This document shows, one piece after another, positions 12,451 through 26,200 of a stretch of DNA of 64,000 nucleotides. The notes beneath the pieces were generated by a model. That model ran no database searches. It was not told the origin of the DNA and saw only the letters and a list, made by a program, of their open reading frames with translations. Source of the DNA: Nemertoderma westbladi (taxonomy: Eukaryota > Animalia > Xenacoelomorpha). Both the position numbers and the translations under genes were made by a program. The stretch lies in contig JAUCBJ010001770.1 in the NCBI GenBank assembly GCA_032718475.1, positions 809 through 64,808 on the forward strand, in the 5' to 3' direction. Numbering within the stretch: the stretch's first letter is position 1; each line of letters starts with the position of its first letter.

Positions 12451-14292
12451 GAATGGTTATAAACGCACAGCCTCAATCCAATTTCTATTATTATTGACTA
12501 CGTATTATATTTTGGCTACTGACCTAGAGCAAAAACCATGAAAATAAGTTTCTATGGGTACTTGTAAAGTCGCGGTTTAAATTGAAACATCTCAACTTGT
12601 TTTATTTCGAAAAATAGCCCCATAACACGAAAATTGCCATAGACTCAATGATAGAAACACCAGCTGGTGTGCTCATGAAAAAGAGAGCCTAGTAAATGAA
12701 TGCTATATTGAATAGGCCCAAACTGCAGAGAAGTACATTACTTGCTAAGTTTAGTAAGGTTGTGTTTACTTAGTCACGCTATCCCATAATCACAACAGCT
12801 TTTATAATTCATTAGATGATTTCAACATAATAATTAAAGTTTGAAGTTGTCTAGAAAATTTCTCGTACACCACCGGGACTACCCTCACACTAATTTATTA
12901 TCAGACAAAACAAAAAGCTTTTACTTGAAACGTACTGTCTCCTACGACTTGCTTCACGGGCCGCTAGGCCCGTCTCTAGTCATATTGATCCAAATCCACC
13001 ATTCTATTCTAATTTTCTTTAGATGATACACTCATATACGATTCAACAGATTACAATCTCTGAAATGCCATCCATATATTTTCAAACCGTAAACCCTTCG
13101 AAAAACATCCAAATACACAATACGACATGAATAAAGGTTGCCTTGTTCCTATTCTATTTATGTAACTTTGGTTTCTGTTTGGAACTGAGCCGCATGTTTG
13201 CTAATAACCTCGAGGGACACATTACGCGTCAGCTTACCGCGAATGATGTATTGCAGGGCTCCACATTAACTCCCCGTAGATGCTGTGTCTGACGGACCTT
13301 GAAGAGACCTGTATGGGCCACTGATTCATAACTCACTTGGGACTATTGTCATTCATTCTACGCTATTTAGCTCTCATCTTAAAAATAATAGATTGTTCCT
13401 TCTTTTAAAGCCGTCCGCTCTCTGATCTGTATTCTATGATGCGTGTTTGTATTTCTTAATAATCCTCGGGCTACTGGCTTTAATGTGTTGTATATCTCTC
13501 TATTTGGTAAAGATACGAATGTTTAATCGAGCCTATTATAACCCAAGTTGTGCCGGTAGTGCCTTAGCTAACGGTATCCGGTAACTTTGGGAAAAATAAA
13601 TATAAAGATTTTTTTTTGAATTCTCATCAGAGCCTAGGATATATATATATATTGTTGCATTAATGGAAGGGAGATCTGTGTCTGTAAGGAATGTTATGAC
13701 GTGTGTCTCCAATTTATTAAATCTGTACTCAAAAATATTCACACCTTTTGAATAGTCTTTAATTTTTTTAATTACTTTTTTAAATACAAACTAGATATCT
13801 CATTGTAACGAACCTGCAGCTGTTCTTAGCAATATATTAAATAAGGCTACGATGTATAACAGTGTGATTTTAATATCCAATATTGTCAATGTTAAAGTAG
13901 AAGTGAATACAGGCCGGAGGTATCCTTCGTATGATCGTATGTTATAAAAGTTACAGTCGTAGTGAAAGTTCAACGAAAAATACCTCACAATAAAATCACG
14001 AAAATATCGAGAAAGATTTAGACATAGAGGTCACTACGGTTCATATTGAGGGATAGTCCGTTTTTAAACTTTAATTAAAAAAATTATTGCGAAATTAATT
14101 ATTTGTAAAAATTGACTAACATACTTATGCCATGCGATAATAACATTACGGTGTATATAAAAATTATTGATATTGAGGAGGTGTCTTATTATCACTGATT
14201 GACTTAAGACACTGTGTACTATGCATAGATATACATTCTACTATATGGATGAGGTTTTGCGTTATAGCTTTTGGTAAATTTTATATTTGTAG

Positions 14293-14488
14293 GTTTGGTT
14301 CCAGAACAGAAGAGCTAAATGGAAGAAGCGAAAGAAGACAACCAACGTGTTTCGTACTCCCGGGGCTCTGTTGCCAGGCCACGGGCTCTCTGGCTTCTCC
14401 GGTCTGTCGTCTGATAGTCTCTACCCATTTACTCCCAGCTTCGACACTCGTTGGCATCCGTCTTTCTCTTCACCTTTCCCCAAACACA
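14293..14488 (+). CDS. otp: Orthopedia coding exon B (homeodomain helix 3 and Otp-specific motif)
   Basis: TTGTAG| then [28 protein letters not shown]...DSLYPF...DTRW (Otp signatures). Donor A|GTGAGA, phase 1. Not shown in the ORF track in this frame. Confidence 0.95.
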
Positions 14489-14771
14489 GTGAGAAAAAAA
14501 CAGAACTTTAATTTAAAAAGAAATATCTTAATTGTGTTTGATGTTATGAATAGGGTAATCCCACTGGTTGTAAATGGTATTGAACTTACATGGGATACGG
14601 GATATAATAAATAGTATTAAGTGAATATTATTTTCGTAGACCGATTTATTTTAAAAATATAAAATTTACCGTTAATAACTTTACAATTTAATCAATAATT
14701 AATATTACAATTACAAAAAATTACATTAATACAAAAAAATAGAATTTACCGCCGTTATTTAATCGTTACAG

Positions 14772-15078
14772 CTGACACATTTTCTCGGTTTTCTCCTGGG
14801 ACCTATCAACCCCCTGCCCATATGATGCACCCCAGCCACCCCGCCACCCCATCCTCTCTTGGCTTCTCCCATCACCCAGTCTCGGACGCCTGTGTGTTCC
14901 CCCCTCCACCGCCCCTACCCATCCAGTCCCTCGCGGTAGACCACGACCAACCGCCCACGCTGACAGGGATGTATTCCTCGGCGAGCAATCTGCAGCCCCA
15001 GACGAGTTCCGCTTTCCGTAATTCACCACCATTGTCTGCTATGGGTTGCCTCGAAGCATCATCGGCTTACAGCACATG
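14772..15078 (+). CDS. otp: Orthopedia coding exon C (Pro/Ser/His-rich region)
   Basis: Acceptor TTACAG|. The phase-1 join gives TDTFSRFSPGTYQPPAHMMHPSH..., in frame with ORF 14822-15082. Donor TG|GTAAGA, phase 2. Confidence 0.85.
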
Positions 15079-17001
15079 GTAAGATTATTTTATTTTAATA
15101 TTAAATTATTGAGTCGTTGCTTTTTTTACTCCATACCCGTCTGCACATCGATATTTCCCACTATATTATAAAAAGTCTGTCATCCCTGATGGCCTTTTAT
15201 TATTTTAATATTTAAGGATGTTTGAGAATAGTTAATTATTTACAGTTCTAACTCAAGCAACATTAAATATGCTATTTAACATGCAATAGATTTATACAGT
15301 TAATACTTTAAAATACTTTAAAATTGAATTACTTAACATTATGCTAATCTGCAAGATGGATGCCGTTTTATTCAAACTTCTGCGCGTATGATCATGGAAT
15401 TCCACTCCAAAATACACTACTTATTAGTCCGGCAGATATTGCATTTTACCTTACATGGAATTATTTTATCTTATTCGAAACTAGCTAATGTTCTAGAATA
15501 TCTAAACAGTAATAAAATTGTGAACATGCTTTGGAAGAACAAAAATAAAATGAAAAATTCAAATTTTCACGAAATGTTTGATTTTTCGATTTACCTTAAA
15601 TTTCCAAGTTTAGCTAGTAAATTCCGGCTGTATTGTTTAGGACGCCCTCCTGGCTCACCCGTGTGTTTTATTCTAGGTAAATTTAACAAAACCATTGAAT
15701 TTTTATTTAGTGTTCTAGAATTGTTGTATCTTTACATTATTGTGTATTTTGCAATGCCCTGTGGTATGTTTTCATAATAACAATGACACGGTAAAGCACA
15801 AGAGTCCCTTGAGTTCTCACAGTGCTATTCCCTCTTGGTGGGTCGTTTTTGAGAATAAGTAGTTTACTTGGTGAAAACTCATATATGAGTTTATGAGCCA
15901 TCGCCTGGACTTGGTAGAGATTATATTTTTCTGCTATTCCTCCTTGGTGAGAGTTTTTCTTCTACTTATAGAGTTAAAAAAAAATCACAAAACAAAAACC
16001 AAAAACTGTTTGGAATTCATTAAAAGAATGACTTGGAAATTATTCGTAACATTTTGGAAGGGCCTCATACACTTAGTAATATAAAGTTGTTTATCTAGTA
16101 TACAAGTATATTATTAAATATTAACGTATCCGCACATTATATAGGAATATGCCAAGAATTTACCTACACCAGGATGTATAAAATTCTTCTGGAAATAATC
16201 TATTTTATCTTGTAATTGTAGTAATGGTCCTAATAATAATCAGATCAATCATTCAAATAGAGTAAATCAGAAATAACTTCTCGTCTCTCGTTTCAGAACT
16301 CCGAAATTAAGATGTTTTGCCTTCGTGTATCGGGGGGTGGTAGGGTAGCGCTACTTTAACACAGTCAATGAAAACCAATGGTAACAGGGCAAGGCTTTGT
16401 CCAAAATGAATAATTTTTGGTATATGGGTCAATCGATAACAGAAGGTGGTTTACAATAATGTCTTTTTGTAATATAGTTATAATAATTGAGTGCTATTTA
16501 ATAGCAAAATTATTACTATTCACTGAAAACACTTATATTCGAACTTACATCTGTTATATAAACTAGCTATTTGGTATATATAATTAGGACATACTGTAGT
16601 GTTGAATAAAAGTATTTGTAAATTTTTTTGATATCGATTATTTCCAATCCAATTTTATTATCAAATTAATTAATTATTTTAATTTTCACATTTCGAAACC
16701 AATAACATGAGTTAGGATCAAAATTTGAAAATTCTGACCAATACTTTTGAAAACACCAGGCTTGTGATCCACAGACAGCCATATCTCGAGATTGCTAAAC
16801 GGTCTGCGAATCTTGATAAAAATATTGATAAAAATCTGCTCTAGATGAAATATAAAAAAATTTGAATGTGCTACTCCTCCCCCCCCCCCCCCCCCCTTAA
16901 AACTTAAGAATAATTTAGTATCTGTAAAATTTAATTTTCATCCATAATAATCAACTTAAATATAGTAAATATAAACTGTCTGTCAACTACTGTTCGATTG
17001 T

Positions 17002-17536
17002 CGTACAGTCCCCGTACACTCCCTGTACAGCCCCGTACAGTCCCCGTACAGTCCCCGTACAGTCCCCGTCCCCGTACAGTCCCCGTACAGTCCCCGTACA
17101 GTCCCCGTACAGTCCACGTACAGTCCCCGTACAGTCCCCGTACAGTCCCCGTACAGTCCCCGTACAGTCCCCGTATAGTCCCCGTACAGTCCCCGTACAG
17201 TCCCCGTACAGTCCCCGTATAGTCCCCGTACAGTCCCCGTACAGTCCCCGTACAGTCCCCGTATAGTCCCCGTACAGTCCCCGTATAGTCCCCGTATAGT
17301 CCCCGTACAGTCCCCGTACAGTCCCCGTACAGTCCCCGTACAGTCCCCGTACAGTCCCCGTACAGTCCCCGTACAGTCCCCGTACAGTCCCCGTACAGTC
17401 CCCGTACAGTCCCCGTACAGTCCCCGTACAGTCCCCGTACGGACCCCGTACGGTCCCCGTACGGTCCCCGTACGGTCCCCGTACAGTCCCCGTACAGTCC
17501 CCGTACAGTCCCCGTACAGTCCCCGTACAGTCCCCG
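17002..17536. repeat. 11-bp minisatellite (ACAGTCCCCGT)n, ~48 copies
   Basis: Seen directly. GGGG every 11 nt on the minus strand. Confidence 0.97.
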
Positions 17537-18024
17537 TTTTTTATTGTTATACATAAAAAAAGTTATATAATATTATCATTATTTTATACAACCTACTGCC
17601 ATTACTGTATTGCTGTCGTTATGTACAGACTTGAAATTGTAATAGATTTGTGACACAGTAGGCCTAGGTATTGGTATTTACATGAAAACATTTCTAACGG
17701 CAGTGAGCTGAACGGTAGCTTTTGCTCCGGTGGAATCAAATTAAGCTTTACAGTATTCTATTGCAAGAAATTGACCATACCATAAGTGAAGATTCAAAGA
17801 GGTACAAAATGGGTGCAAGCAATCGCAAAGACAATGTGTTGTGTACAGTATAAGTAATAACCAGTTGAGGACGTTTGTCCGTCTTATGCATGTTTAGTAC
17901 AGATCAATTACAAGAAATGTACGAATTCTAACAACATCTCACATTGCTCATATACTTTTCTTGGGAAAATATGTATTTGTTTACTAGTGATATTGCTTAA
18001 ATACCAACAACATAATAGCACTAT

Positions 18025-21000
18025 TTAGAGTTGTAGATCACTGTCATTATCTACTGTGACTTTGTCCATTAAACTAACGCCCTGTGGTGTGGTCGGTGCT
18101 GCTTTTGAGTAACATATCATTGGCCCCAACTTGTATTTCATTTGCTCATTTCCATCGACTATGATTGGATCAGCGGGATTATCAGTGTTCTCGTCGAAAC
18201 CGAATAGGTCGGTGAATTTAAACCCGCGAATGGGCAGGATTTGATTGTCTGTATCCACTCCGTCGTCCTGGAATATACCGGTCCATGTATTTAGGACTTG
18301 ATTGCTGTTGGCTCCAATTTCATCATCAGCTTTAAAGTTAACCCAAAAGTGGTTGTTATCGTTTTGTTCTAGATAGGGTATTGCTTTCTGTTGGTTTATT
18401 TGAACATGATTTGTTACAACTTCTATGGTCTGTTGGCATACTGCAGACTTGACAACGATTTGACGTAGTTCTTCCCAAGCCCACTTGGATCTCCATGGGA
18501 ACTCTTGACCTCCACAACCTTTATCCTTTAAATCGTCTTTTAAACTAGGAGAAAGGCGACAATTGGGGTTTATGAAGCGGTTCTCTGGAATGCTGCTGTC
18601 GGACGTTGACACTTCCCACTCGTGATCGAAGTTTTTGTGGTCATCCCTGTAATAGGTTCCTTGCACAGCTTGCCAATCAGCATACCATTCGTCGAATCCT
18701 TCATAACTTACAAGGTACGTATCATATGCAGCATCCGGGGTTCCGGTAGCAGCTCCTTCGAAATTACCTAACTCAAAATTTCCAACCACATCAACATAGG
18801 GAGCAAACGATCTCATGGAATTGTCTGTGTAATCAATTTGACCTTTGGGGTAAATGACAGTGAGGATATTATCCGTAATATCTTTTTCTGTAAAATTGCA
18901 GAATACCTGTATAGTGTATGAAGGGGTGGAAGTTCCACCATCCATGTCAATTAGGTAAAACTTATTTTCATGAGCACCTTTTATCTCGTACCAATCAGTA
19001 CAACTTTTCATGTTGGTTTCTCTTTCTTCACAACTGTTATACTCATACATCCAAACTTTTGCGGATGTTTGAATGAGATCACATTTATCTTGTGAATACC
19101 CATTGAAACATGCGCATTGTAAATTGCCTTTTGCCCGTTGGTAATAACACATGGCTTCATTCTTACAACTTTCTGCCAAATACTTGGGGCAGATCCCACA
19201 ACCAAGCATATCATTTGCTACATAGAATTTTATGGATTTAATTCCTGGGCTATCTATGAAGCTGGCAGCTACTTTCTGGTATTGTATATCGCCAACAGCG
19301 GTGTTGGACTTATCAGGTGGAGTGTTCCCACGTGTCTCAACAACATAGTTGCAATCAGCAGACGTTTGACTTCCAGGATTGCACATCGCAGCTACAATAT
19401 TTTGATCAACAGGTCCATTGTTGGGGATGGTATCTGGATCCACTAGTTTAGCGATATCACGTTTAATAAACTTCCAGATCTTCCCAGGTCGTAAGAAATG
19501 AATCTCATTGGCTGTGGTTGCGGCAGCAGTAATTGGGCCATTTAGCTGTTGGAGTGTATTTAAATCTGTAATAACTGGGCTGGTATCTAATGTAAAAGTT
19601 TCTCCACTTTGAGTAAAAGCACGCACTTGGTTTGGCAAACCCCCTCCGCGGGTGTAAATTAAATAATTTGCAATTTTTCCTTGATTAGTATTGTCATTTG
19701 GGTCAGCATATGTAAAAGCAGCTTGAATTTCATCAGCTGCATTTGTAGTGGGAAATACATCTTCTAACTTCCTTGGCCAACCCCAGGTAATTCGGGAACC
19801 ACCATCAGTGAAGGATGATGTGTACTGGTACACCCAGGTTATTCGTGTCGCTCCAGTACCACTGCTGACGAAGACATACTTGAATCCCGAAGTAGACCAG
19901 AGAAGTGCATCAACGGAGTTAGGGTTGCAATTATATGCTGAGCGGTCAGAGAACCAGCGGTAATTGTTTAGAACTGGCATCCCTCTAGCAACACGTTCAA
20001 CCAATGGGTTACAATTGTAATAGAAAAAGTAATTATCTTCCCAGAACATAAAATCTTCATCCCATTGTACTCCAGCATCTGGGGGACTGGGAACACCATT
20101 CCAGAATTGATCTATATCTCTGGGGTATCCCGGATCCACTGTGTTGAATATACGATCAAAGCGGTAGTAAGTTCCATCTTCATAAAATACGTAGACTTTA
20201 CTCTCTTTATTGGAGAATGCGGCTTTTGGAACTTTGTCTGTAGGTAAACCCTTCCAGTGATCGGAAAATTGTTTTGGGTAAGAAGCATCTAAACTGGCTA
20301 TTGGTCCATTGTGTGGGATGTCACTAGGTGGGCGGTATTTATGGTTAATTGAGAATCGATATACTTCAATTTTGTTCTGCTTTAGGGATTTCAAGACAAA
20401 AACTTTGTCGATGTCTGCAAGGTAAAATACAGTATCCGGTTGAGATGGTGCATTGGGAAAGAGAGTGGAAAACGTAGACGGCACGTATTTTACAGGGACC
20501 CCCCTAGAATCCATCTGCCACACATCGTCATTTGTATCCACATATAATATATGTGCAATTGGAGGTTCGGTTTGTAGACTTTGCGGAATTTTGATGATTG
20601 CTCGGGCATTTCCAGGGGCCCCTGAATTGGCAAACCGACAACCAAACAGATTCACTCCAACATCCTGGGGATAATCAAATGAAACACCGTATCCGGTTAT
20701 ATATTTGTATATGTTTTGACCCTCAATGAAATAGTAGTCGTATTTTTTGCTGCCTGATGATGTTTCAACAGTGAGAGCTGCGTCCAGATTTAGCGGAACT
20801 CTTGGCCAATTGTTATCATATTGTGGTTTATCAGCGCGGAATATCGGGTAGCCTGGGACAATTCTATCGAAGACCAAATCCCATTTGTAATAGTTTTGAC
20901 CCGAGACACTAGTTTGCGAATCTTCTGGGATATTCTTTGAAGCTTGCTTAAAGAAGTAAGCGTATGTCTGGCGCTGATTTTCCTTGTATGCATTGATTCC

Positions 21001-21797
21001 CATTTCACTGAACACAACAGCATCGAAATCTATTGGGATTTGTTGAAATTTATTACCTTGATTATTACCACCGTAAGCGGCAACTGATTTTCTCGGAAAG
21101 GAACCTCCACTAGGAGTACCACCAAACACAGCGTATTGAGTGTCCCCATTTCCGTTTGATCTAAACAGATGAATTTCATTTAACGCGAAATTGTAAAACC
21201 CACCGCGAATTTGCGAATTACTTAGAGTTGTCCCAAAGTCAAAGACGGTATTTAAAGGCTGGCCACCTATACCAGTGTTATATTGGCCAGTTGCCTCATC
21301 CTTAGCTATGGTATATACAAATTCAATACTATTCACATCGCGAACAATCGCGTAGACGTTTCCATCGCTCGCAGGAAATACAGCCTTGACAATTTGACCT
21401 CCGTCCGATTTCCCAATAAGGCATCTTTTGTTACACCCCAGAATGGTGTCTACGGCTTTAGGGCTTACGGGTTCTTGAAAATTGTTGTTGGAAGTTGCAG
21501 CAGTGGAGGATTTTGAGTAACCGTTTGAAGTAACGACACCGAATGCGTTACTGCCATCCCTATAAACAGCATTAACTTGACCACCAGATTGAAGATTGAT
21601 ACCAGTGATGGAGTTACTCCATGTACCTGCTGCACTGTACTGTATTTTCTGACCATTTGCCAGATACAGTAGAACGTTGTTGTCACCAATCCCCATGGCA
21701 GCTGTGACCGAGTTCGCATTCCAAGTGGCGCTGTTAGGATTGTTTGAGAAGTGAGCATCAAAGGTTTGTGAAGATTTTGGGTTGCTCCCTACCTGAC
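18025..21797 (-). CDS. Secreted hemopexin-repeat/EGF/fibrinogen-like protein, paralog 1, exon 2 (spliced protein 1369 aa)
   Basis: Acceptor TTTTAG| at 21798, phase 1, in frame with the 1223-aa ORF. Many hemopexin-blade motifs (LDAAL..YYFIEGQNIYKY; VDPGYPRDIDQFWNGVP..PDAGV), an EGF (CKNEAMC...CACFNGYSQDKC), and a Caspr-like FBG module (SCTDWY..FYLIDMDGG..VFCNFT ... LPIRGFKFTD ... YKLGPMIC). Confidence 0.9.
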
Positions 21798-22096
21798 CTA
21801 AAATAAGTAAACAATTATCTTACGCCAATATTTAATTAATTGGATTTTGAAGTTGTCATTTTGTAGGTCATTCTGTAGGGTTTGAAGTTTTAATGCACGT
21901 ATTATAATTAGCGGCTTATTCGCCAGCGGCACCTAAATGCACGTGTGCAACTAAGTTGCCGCCAATTCGAACAGCATCGTGCGTAAGTTAATTCGGAAAT
22001 CATAGCTAACATATTATTTAATGGGGAGTTTGTCAACCGCTCAATCCAGTATTGTAATATTATATACATTTAATATTATTTTTGTATTATACTAAC

Positions 22097-22433
22097 TCTT
22101 ATAAATATCTCCAGTTGTTCCCAACACATAATCACCACTCCCGTCGCCTTCTCTGTACGCCAATATAAGCGGCCCCTCAACGCCGGGGAATTCCGCCGTA
22201 ATAAGCTTCGGGTAGCCGAAATCGATTTGAAATGTGTCGTCATTCCCTGCGGTCGTGCGACGGGTGCGGTAGACATAGGATCCAGTGAAAACATAGAACT
22301 GGTCGTTTTGTATCTCGACAACAGCATCTATTGCTCCGATTCCATTTCCGCAAGCAGAAAACCCGAACTGGGCGTTAGATGGCGAAACATTCCATATTAA
22401 AAAGAGTAACGTACTAATATGTTTGAGACTCAT
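22097..22433 (-). CDS. Paralog 1 exon 1 (signal peptide and first hemopexin blades)
   Basis: ATG at 22433: MSLKHISTLLFLIWNVSPSNA|QFGFSACGNGIGAIDAVVEIQNDQFYVFTGSYVYR...IDFGYPKLITAEFPG. Donor A|GTTAGT, phase 1, 299-bp intron. Confidence 0.9.
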
Positions 22434-23032
22434 TTTCTGGGTTTTTTTTCGGTATGAATTAATTAAATATAAATTATCCAACAGTTGCAGCAAAAGCCAA
22501 GAGGGAATGGCCGATGATTGGTCAGTGAGTGTAAATCCCACTCGGTGAAAAAATAACTAGGCCCTACCAATACAACCAAAAACTACTGAGAAACGACAGC
22601 GAGAAATATGAACCTGTTTATCTAGTCTTGGCTCCCGTTTATTATTTATGGTTATAGGGCCTAATAGCATTTTACTGCAACCTGTTCAACATCTCCGTCA
22701 ATTAATTGGCGTTTTAATGGTTGTCGTTGTAGCGTTTACACCCTTTTTGGTCCGAATTACCATAAAGAGTGATTCTTTAGGCGGCCCTCACATCACACGG
22801 TGCAACTTGTGTCTGCAAATTTTGCTCAAGAATGAAAATTATTTTAAAATAAATTATTAACAAGCCCAATCATTTATTTAATATATCTAAATCACAAACA
22901 TTAGGCCTGTAACATGTTATATAGTATAAAAATGACAGATAATAAACGTTTTAAGAATGTTGCTGGGAATATAACTTTTCAAAAATGCGTGCAGGCAGTG
23001 TTTTACTTCCAACACACTTTTGTTGTGCAATG

Positions 23033-23288
23033 TTTCTGAAAGTGTCCAGCTACATGTTGGTGACACTAAGACAAGGTGGGCCTACTTCAGTGTGTTTCAG
23101 AAAGTGTCCAGCTACATGTTGGTGACACTCAGACGAGGTGGGCCTACTTCGGTTTGTTTCAGAAAGTGTCCAGCTACATGTTGGTGACACTCAGACGAGG
23201 TGGGCCAACTTCGGTTTGTTTCAGAAAGTGTCCAGCTACATGTTGGTGACACTCAGACGAGGTGGGCCTACTTCGGTGTGTTTCAGAC
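23033..23288. repeat. 62-bp tandem repeat, ~4 copies
   Basis: Unit TTTCAGAAAGTGTCCAGCTACATGTTGGTGACACTCAGACGAGGTGGGCCTACTTCGGTGTG with 62-bp period. Confidence 0.92.
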
Positions 23289-26200
23289 ATTAAGTTTCGG
23301 CAACAAAAGATGCCGCCTTACTGTAATTGTAAAAATGACCGTAACAATATTATAATGTTTTGTTTCTACATATCAAGATCGTTATTGTGATAAGAATATT
23401 AATTTTATTTGGCTTTAACTTAATAAAGCCACCATGGTGATGTATTCGGGAAAATGTCCCACCCACATTGGGTGGGTTACCTACTTGTGTGGCCAAATAC
23501 CTACACCCACATCCTGTTTGCCAAATTACAGCCTATTCATCGCAAACTTACCTCGATGCGTCCATACGCTTCAGTTATTGTTATAGCAAAGTATTAATAT
23601 ATTTTTGGCTTCGGGTTTGTTAGCCCCATGGACGAGCCCGACCAATAGAGAGTCCCCTCTTAACGTTCACTCAGCCAAGTTTTTCTAAACACCCCTTTGT
23701 GGTTGGTGAATTATTGGAGATTAACTACTGTATATTTATTTGAATGCAGTGCGTATCGCTTTTACTAGCGAACGATAAAATGTGTTACACGTTGTCGTAA
23801 TTGAATATCCGGGGTCGAGTTGGGAGACGGGATATTCGTGGTTATTGGAGGGCTGTACTAACTGGTACTGAGATTTAATCCTGTTAAATTTTCCTATTAT
23901 AGACCATTTTTGCTACTGGTACATATTGTGCATTTGTTTGTGTTTATTTTAACAATACTGGGTTGTTGTATCACATTTTAACTCCAGTCGCAAACATGGC
24001 TCTAGTACAAACACACCAATATTCAGCGTTAACCGATTCAAATCAAGGAAACGGGAGAACGTATTTCACTTTCAGGAAGTCCGCCCTTTAGGGGAGGTGG
24101 AGGATTAGCTTCCACTAAGAGGCACAGCGAATTGTCTAGTACAAATCTGCCAAGTTTCAGCTTGACCCTATCCCGGGGTTACCTGGATAGTTCGGGTGCC
24201 GCGGTCGGTGGAGTAATAGAGATGATTTGGTTGCGCGGGGGTGTGGGCTAACAAACGTGTGGCGCCGTTTGATGTTGCGATCATAAACGCTGACGCCACC
24301 ACTTACACCCTCGTCAACCGGTCAACCGAGTCGCTCCTTGAGGAACGTTGCCGCTACAAAAGGCGCCACTACCACACTGTCTCTGAAGATCACTCCGCTC
24401 GTGGGTACCACAGACGGTTCTTTGGTATCGTTAGACCCGCGTCCTCATCAACCACATTGCGGAGGACCTCGTACGGATTACAGGCAAATAAATGGGAAGA
24501 CATTTAATGTTTAGATATGTAGCCTTCTAGCGGCAGACTGAACTGATGGTGTCTGAAAGTCTCTAAAGATTATCAACTTTTGGTGTTTTTGATGCCTACA
24601 AATTTTCAACTCGACAGCTTTAAATCCGACAAAGTTATTAGCATGTCAAAATCGTATAGACGACGACGACGACAACTATTTGACATTATTGACCCACCAC
24701 ACCCCTAACAGTGTCAGTTCGCTATAAGGCTCAGGGCTTAGCCAACTTCGTAGCTCGCCCCAGGCCCAAAGCGAGCTTTATTAACTAACAGCCCTCGCAG
24801 CCCAGAAAACTGCAAAATTAGCAACAAGTATTGCGACCAATAGAATGGTAGTTTCTTCATTAGGAGCCCGCTCGACAGGCGGGATACTTACTGTAAAAAT
24901 CTGCAGGATACTTACTGTAAAAATCTCAGGATATATAACACTGACTGACTGACTGACTGATAATTATCTAGGTTCAGCCACTTCCTGCCTGGCGATTTTG
25001 TTGAAATTTTAATAGTTGATTCCACGGAATCATTGGGCTGATTATTTTGTATAGGATATATGTAGAAAGTTCTTAAAAATAATATTCTTATTTTTTTTTA
25101 TTACATAGGATTAGCATCATTTTTTAGCTGAAGCATTAATAGTGTAAATTAATTTAATTATATTTTAATACCATTACTACATTGGCATACTGTAAGATAA
25201 GTTTTAACATTTCTTACAAATAGTGGTGCGAGCATAAACCTCAAATCACGCAAATTTAAAAGAACTGGGTGTGTTGTCATAGCAAAGTTTCATTTTTTAT
25301 TATGTGGGACGAGCCACAAAGTCAGCTAGCCTCACGCCTTATAGTTTAGACAATTGTTTAGTTTACTTACTACTGACTGACATACTGTAGTTCATTTGTA
25401 ATAGTCTTGGCTATGATTCTTCCCCCGGGCTCCTTCCAGCCAGCTTGCTGGCTTTCTAGTTTATCAATAGGACCTTTAAGAAACGGTTAAATATTAACCC
25501 GTGTAGTATATAGGCGTGGTGCGTATTTTGAGTTTTAGTGTGTATCAATCTAAAAATGTCTTATGTAAGTATGTATCTATATATGTTGTTGTTATACACT
25601 GTACAGTATGTATCTATGTAGGGTAGCGTGTATCCATCTTCAATAAATCATCAGTTTTTCACACAGTTTAGAGACTTTGCATAGTTACAAAGGTTCTTCA
25701 GGAATAATTTAGAATAAAAATGTTTTCATGCAAAACCGGAAGAGCGCAACGATGCTTATAATGTAGACGAGTATTCCTTGTCTATAGTCCTAAACCACCC
25801 GTCACGCACAGTTTCGAGACTTTGTATAAATATACACTAAAGGTTCCTCAGTCTTTGTTTAAATTAAAATATTTTCAGAGTAAACAGGACGAGCTATACT
25901 GAGCTGGTTCGTTTCTAGTATCTAATATAATTTAAATTAAAAAGGTACTGTAACAAATTTTACTATTTAAAAAAACTGTAGGACGTATGGGAAAATTATA
26001 AGTTATTCGTTACAATATTTTAATTATTATTTAAAAGTTATTAGCATTTCAATATCATCGTAATAACAACGCGACAGTGATGACAATGGCAACATTATCA
26101 AAAAGTTACAATGTTATGGGATTTAACGGATAATTAATGCAAACAATAAATAGCACTGATCCCAGTACACTTCATTTCTGTGTGCCTGATTTCACAGCAA

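Noticed and set aside
14249-14614. 121-aa ORF in the track
   Set aside because: Wrong frame over otp exon B.
16931-17554. 207-aa GLYGDCTGTVR repeat protein
   Set aside because: Translation of an 11-bp minisatellite; the unit is not a multiple of 3.
24040-24510. GC-richer patch with an 88-aa ORF
   Set aside because: No ATG start, no recognisable motif and no convincing splice partner.
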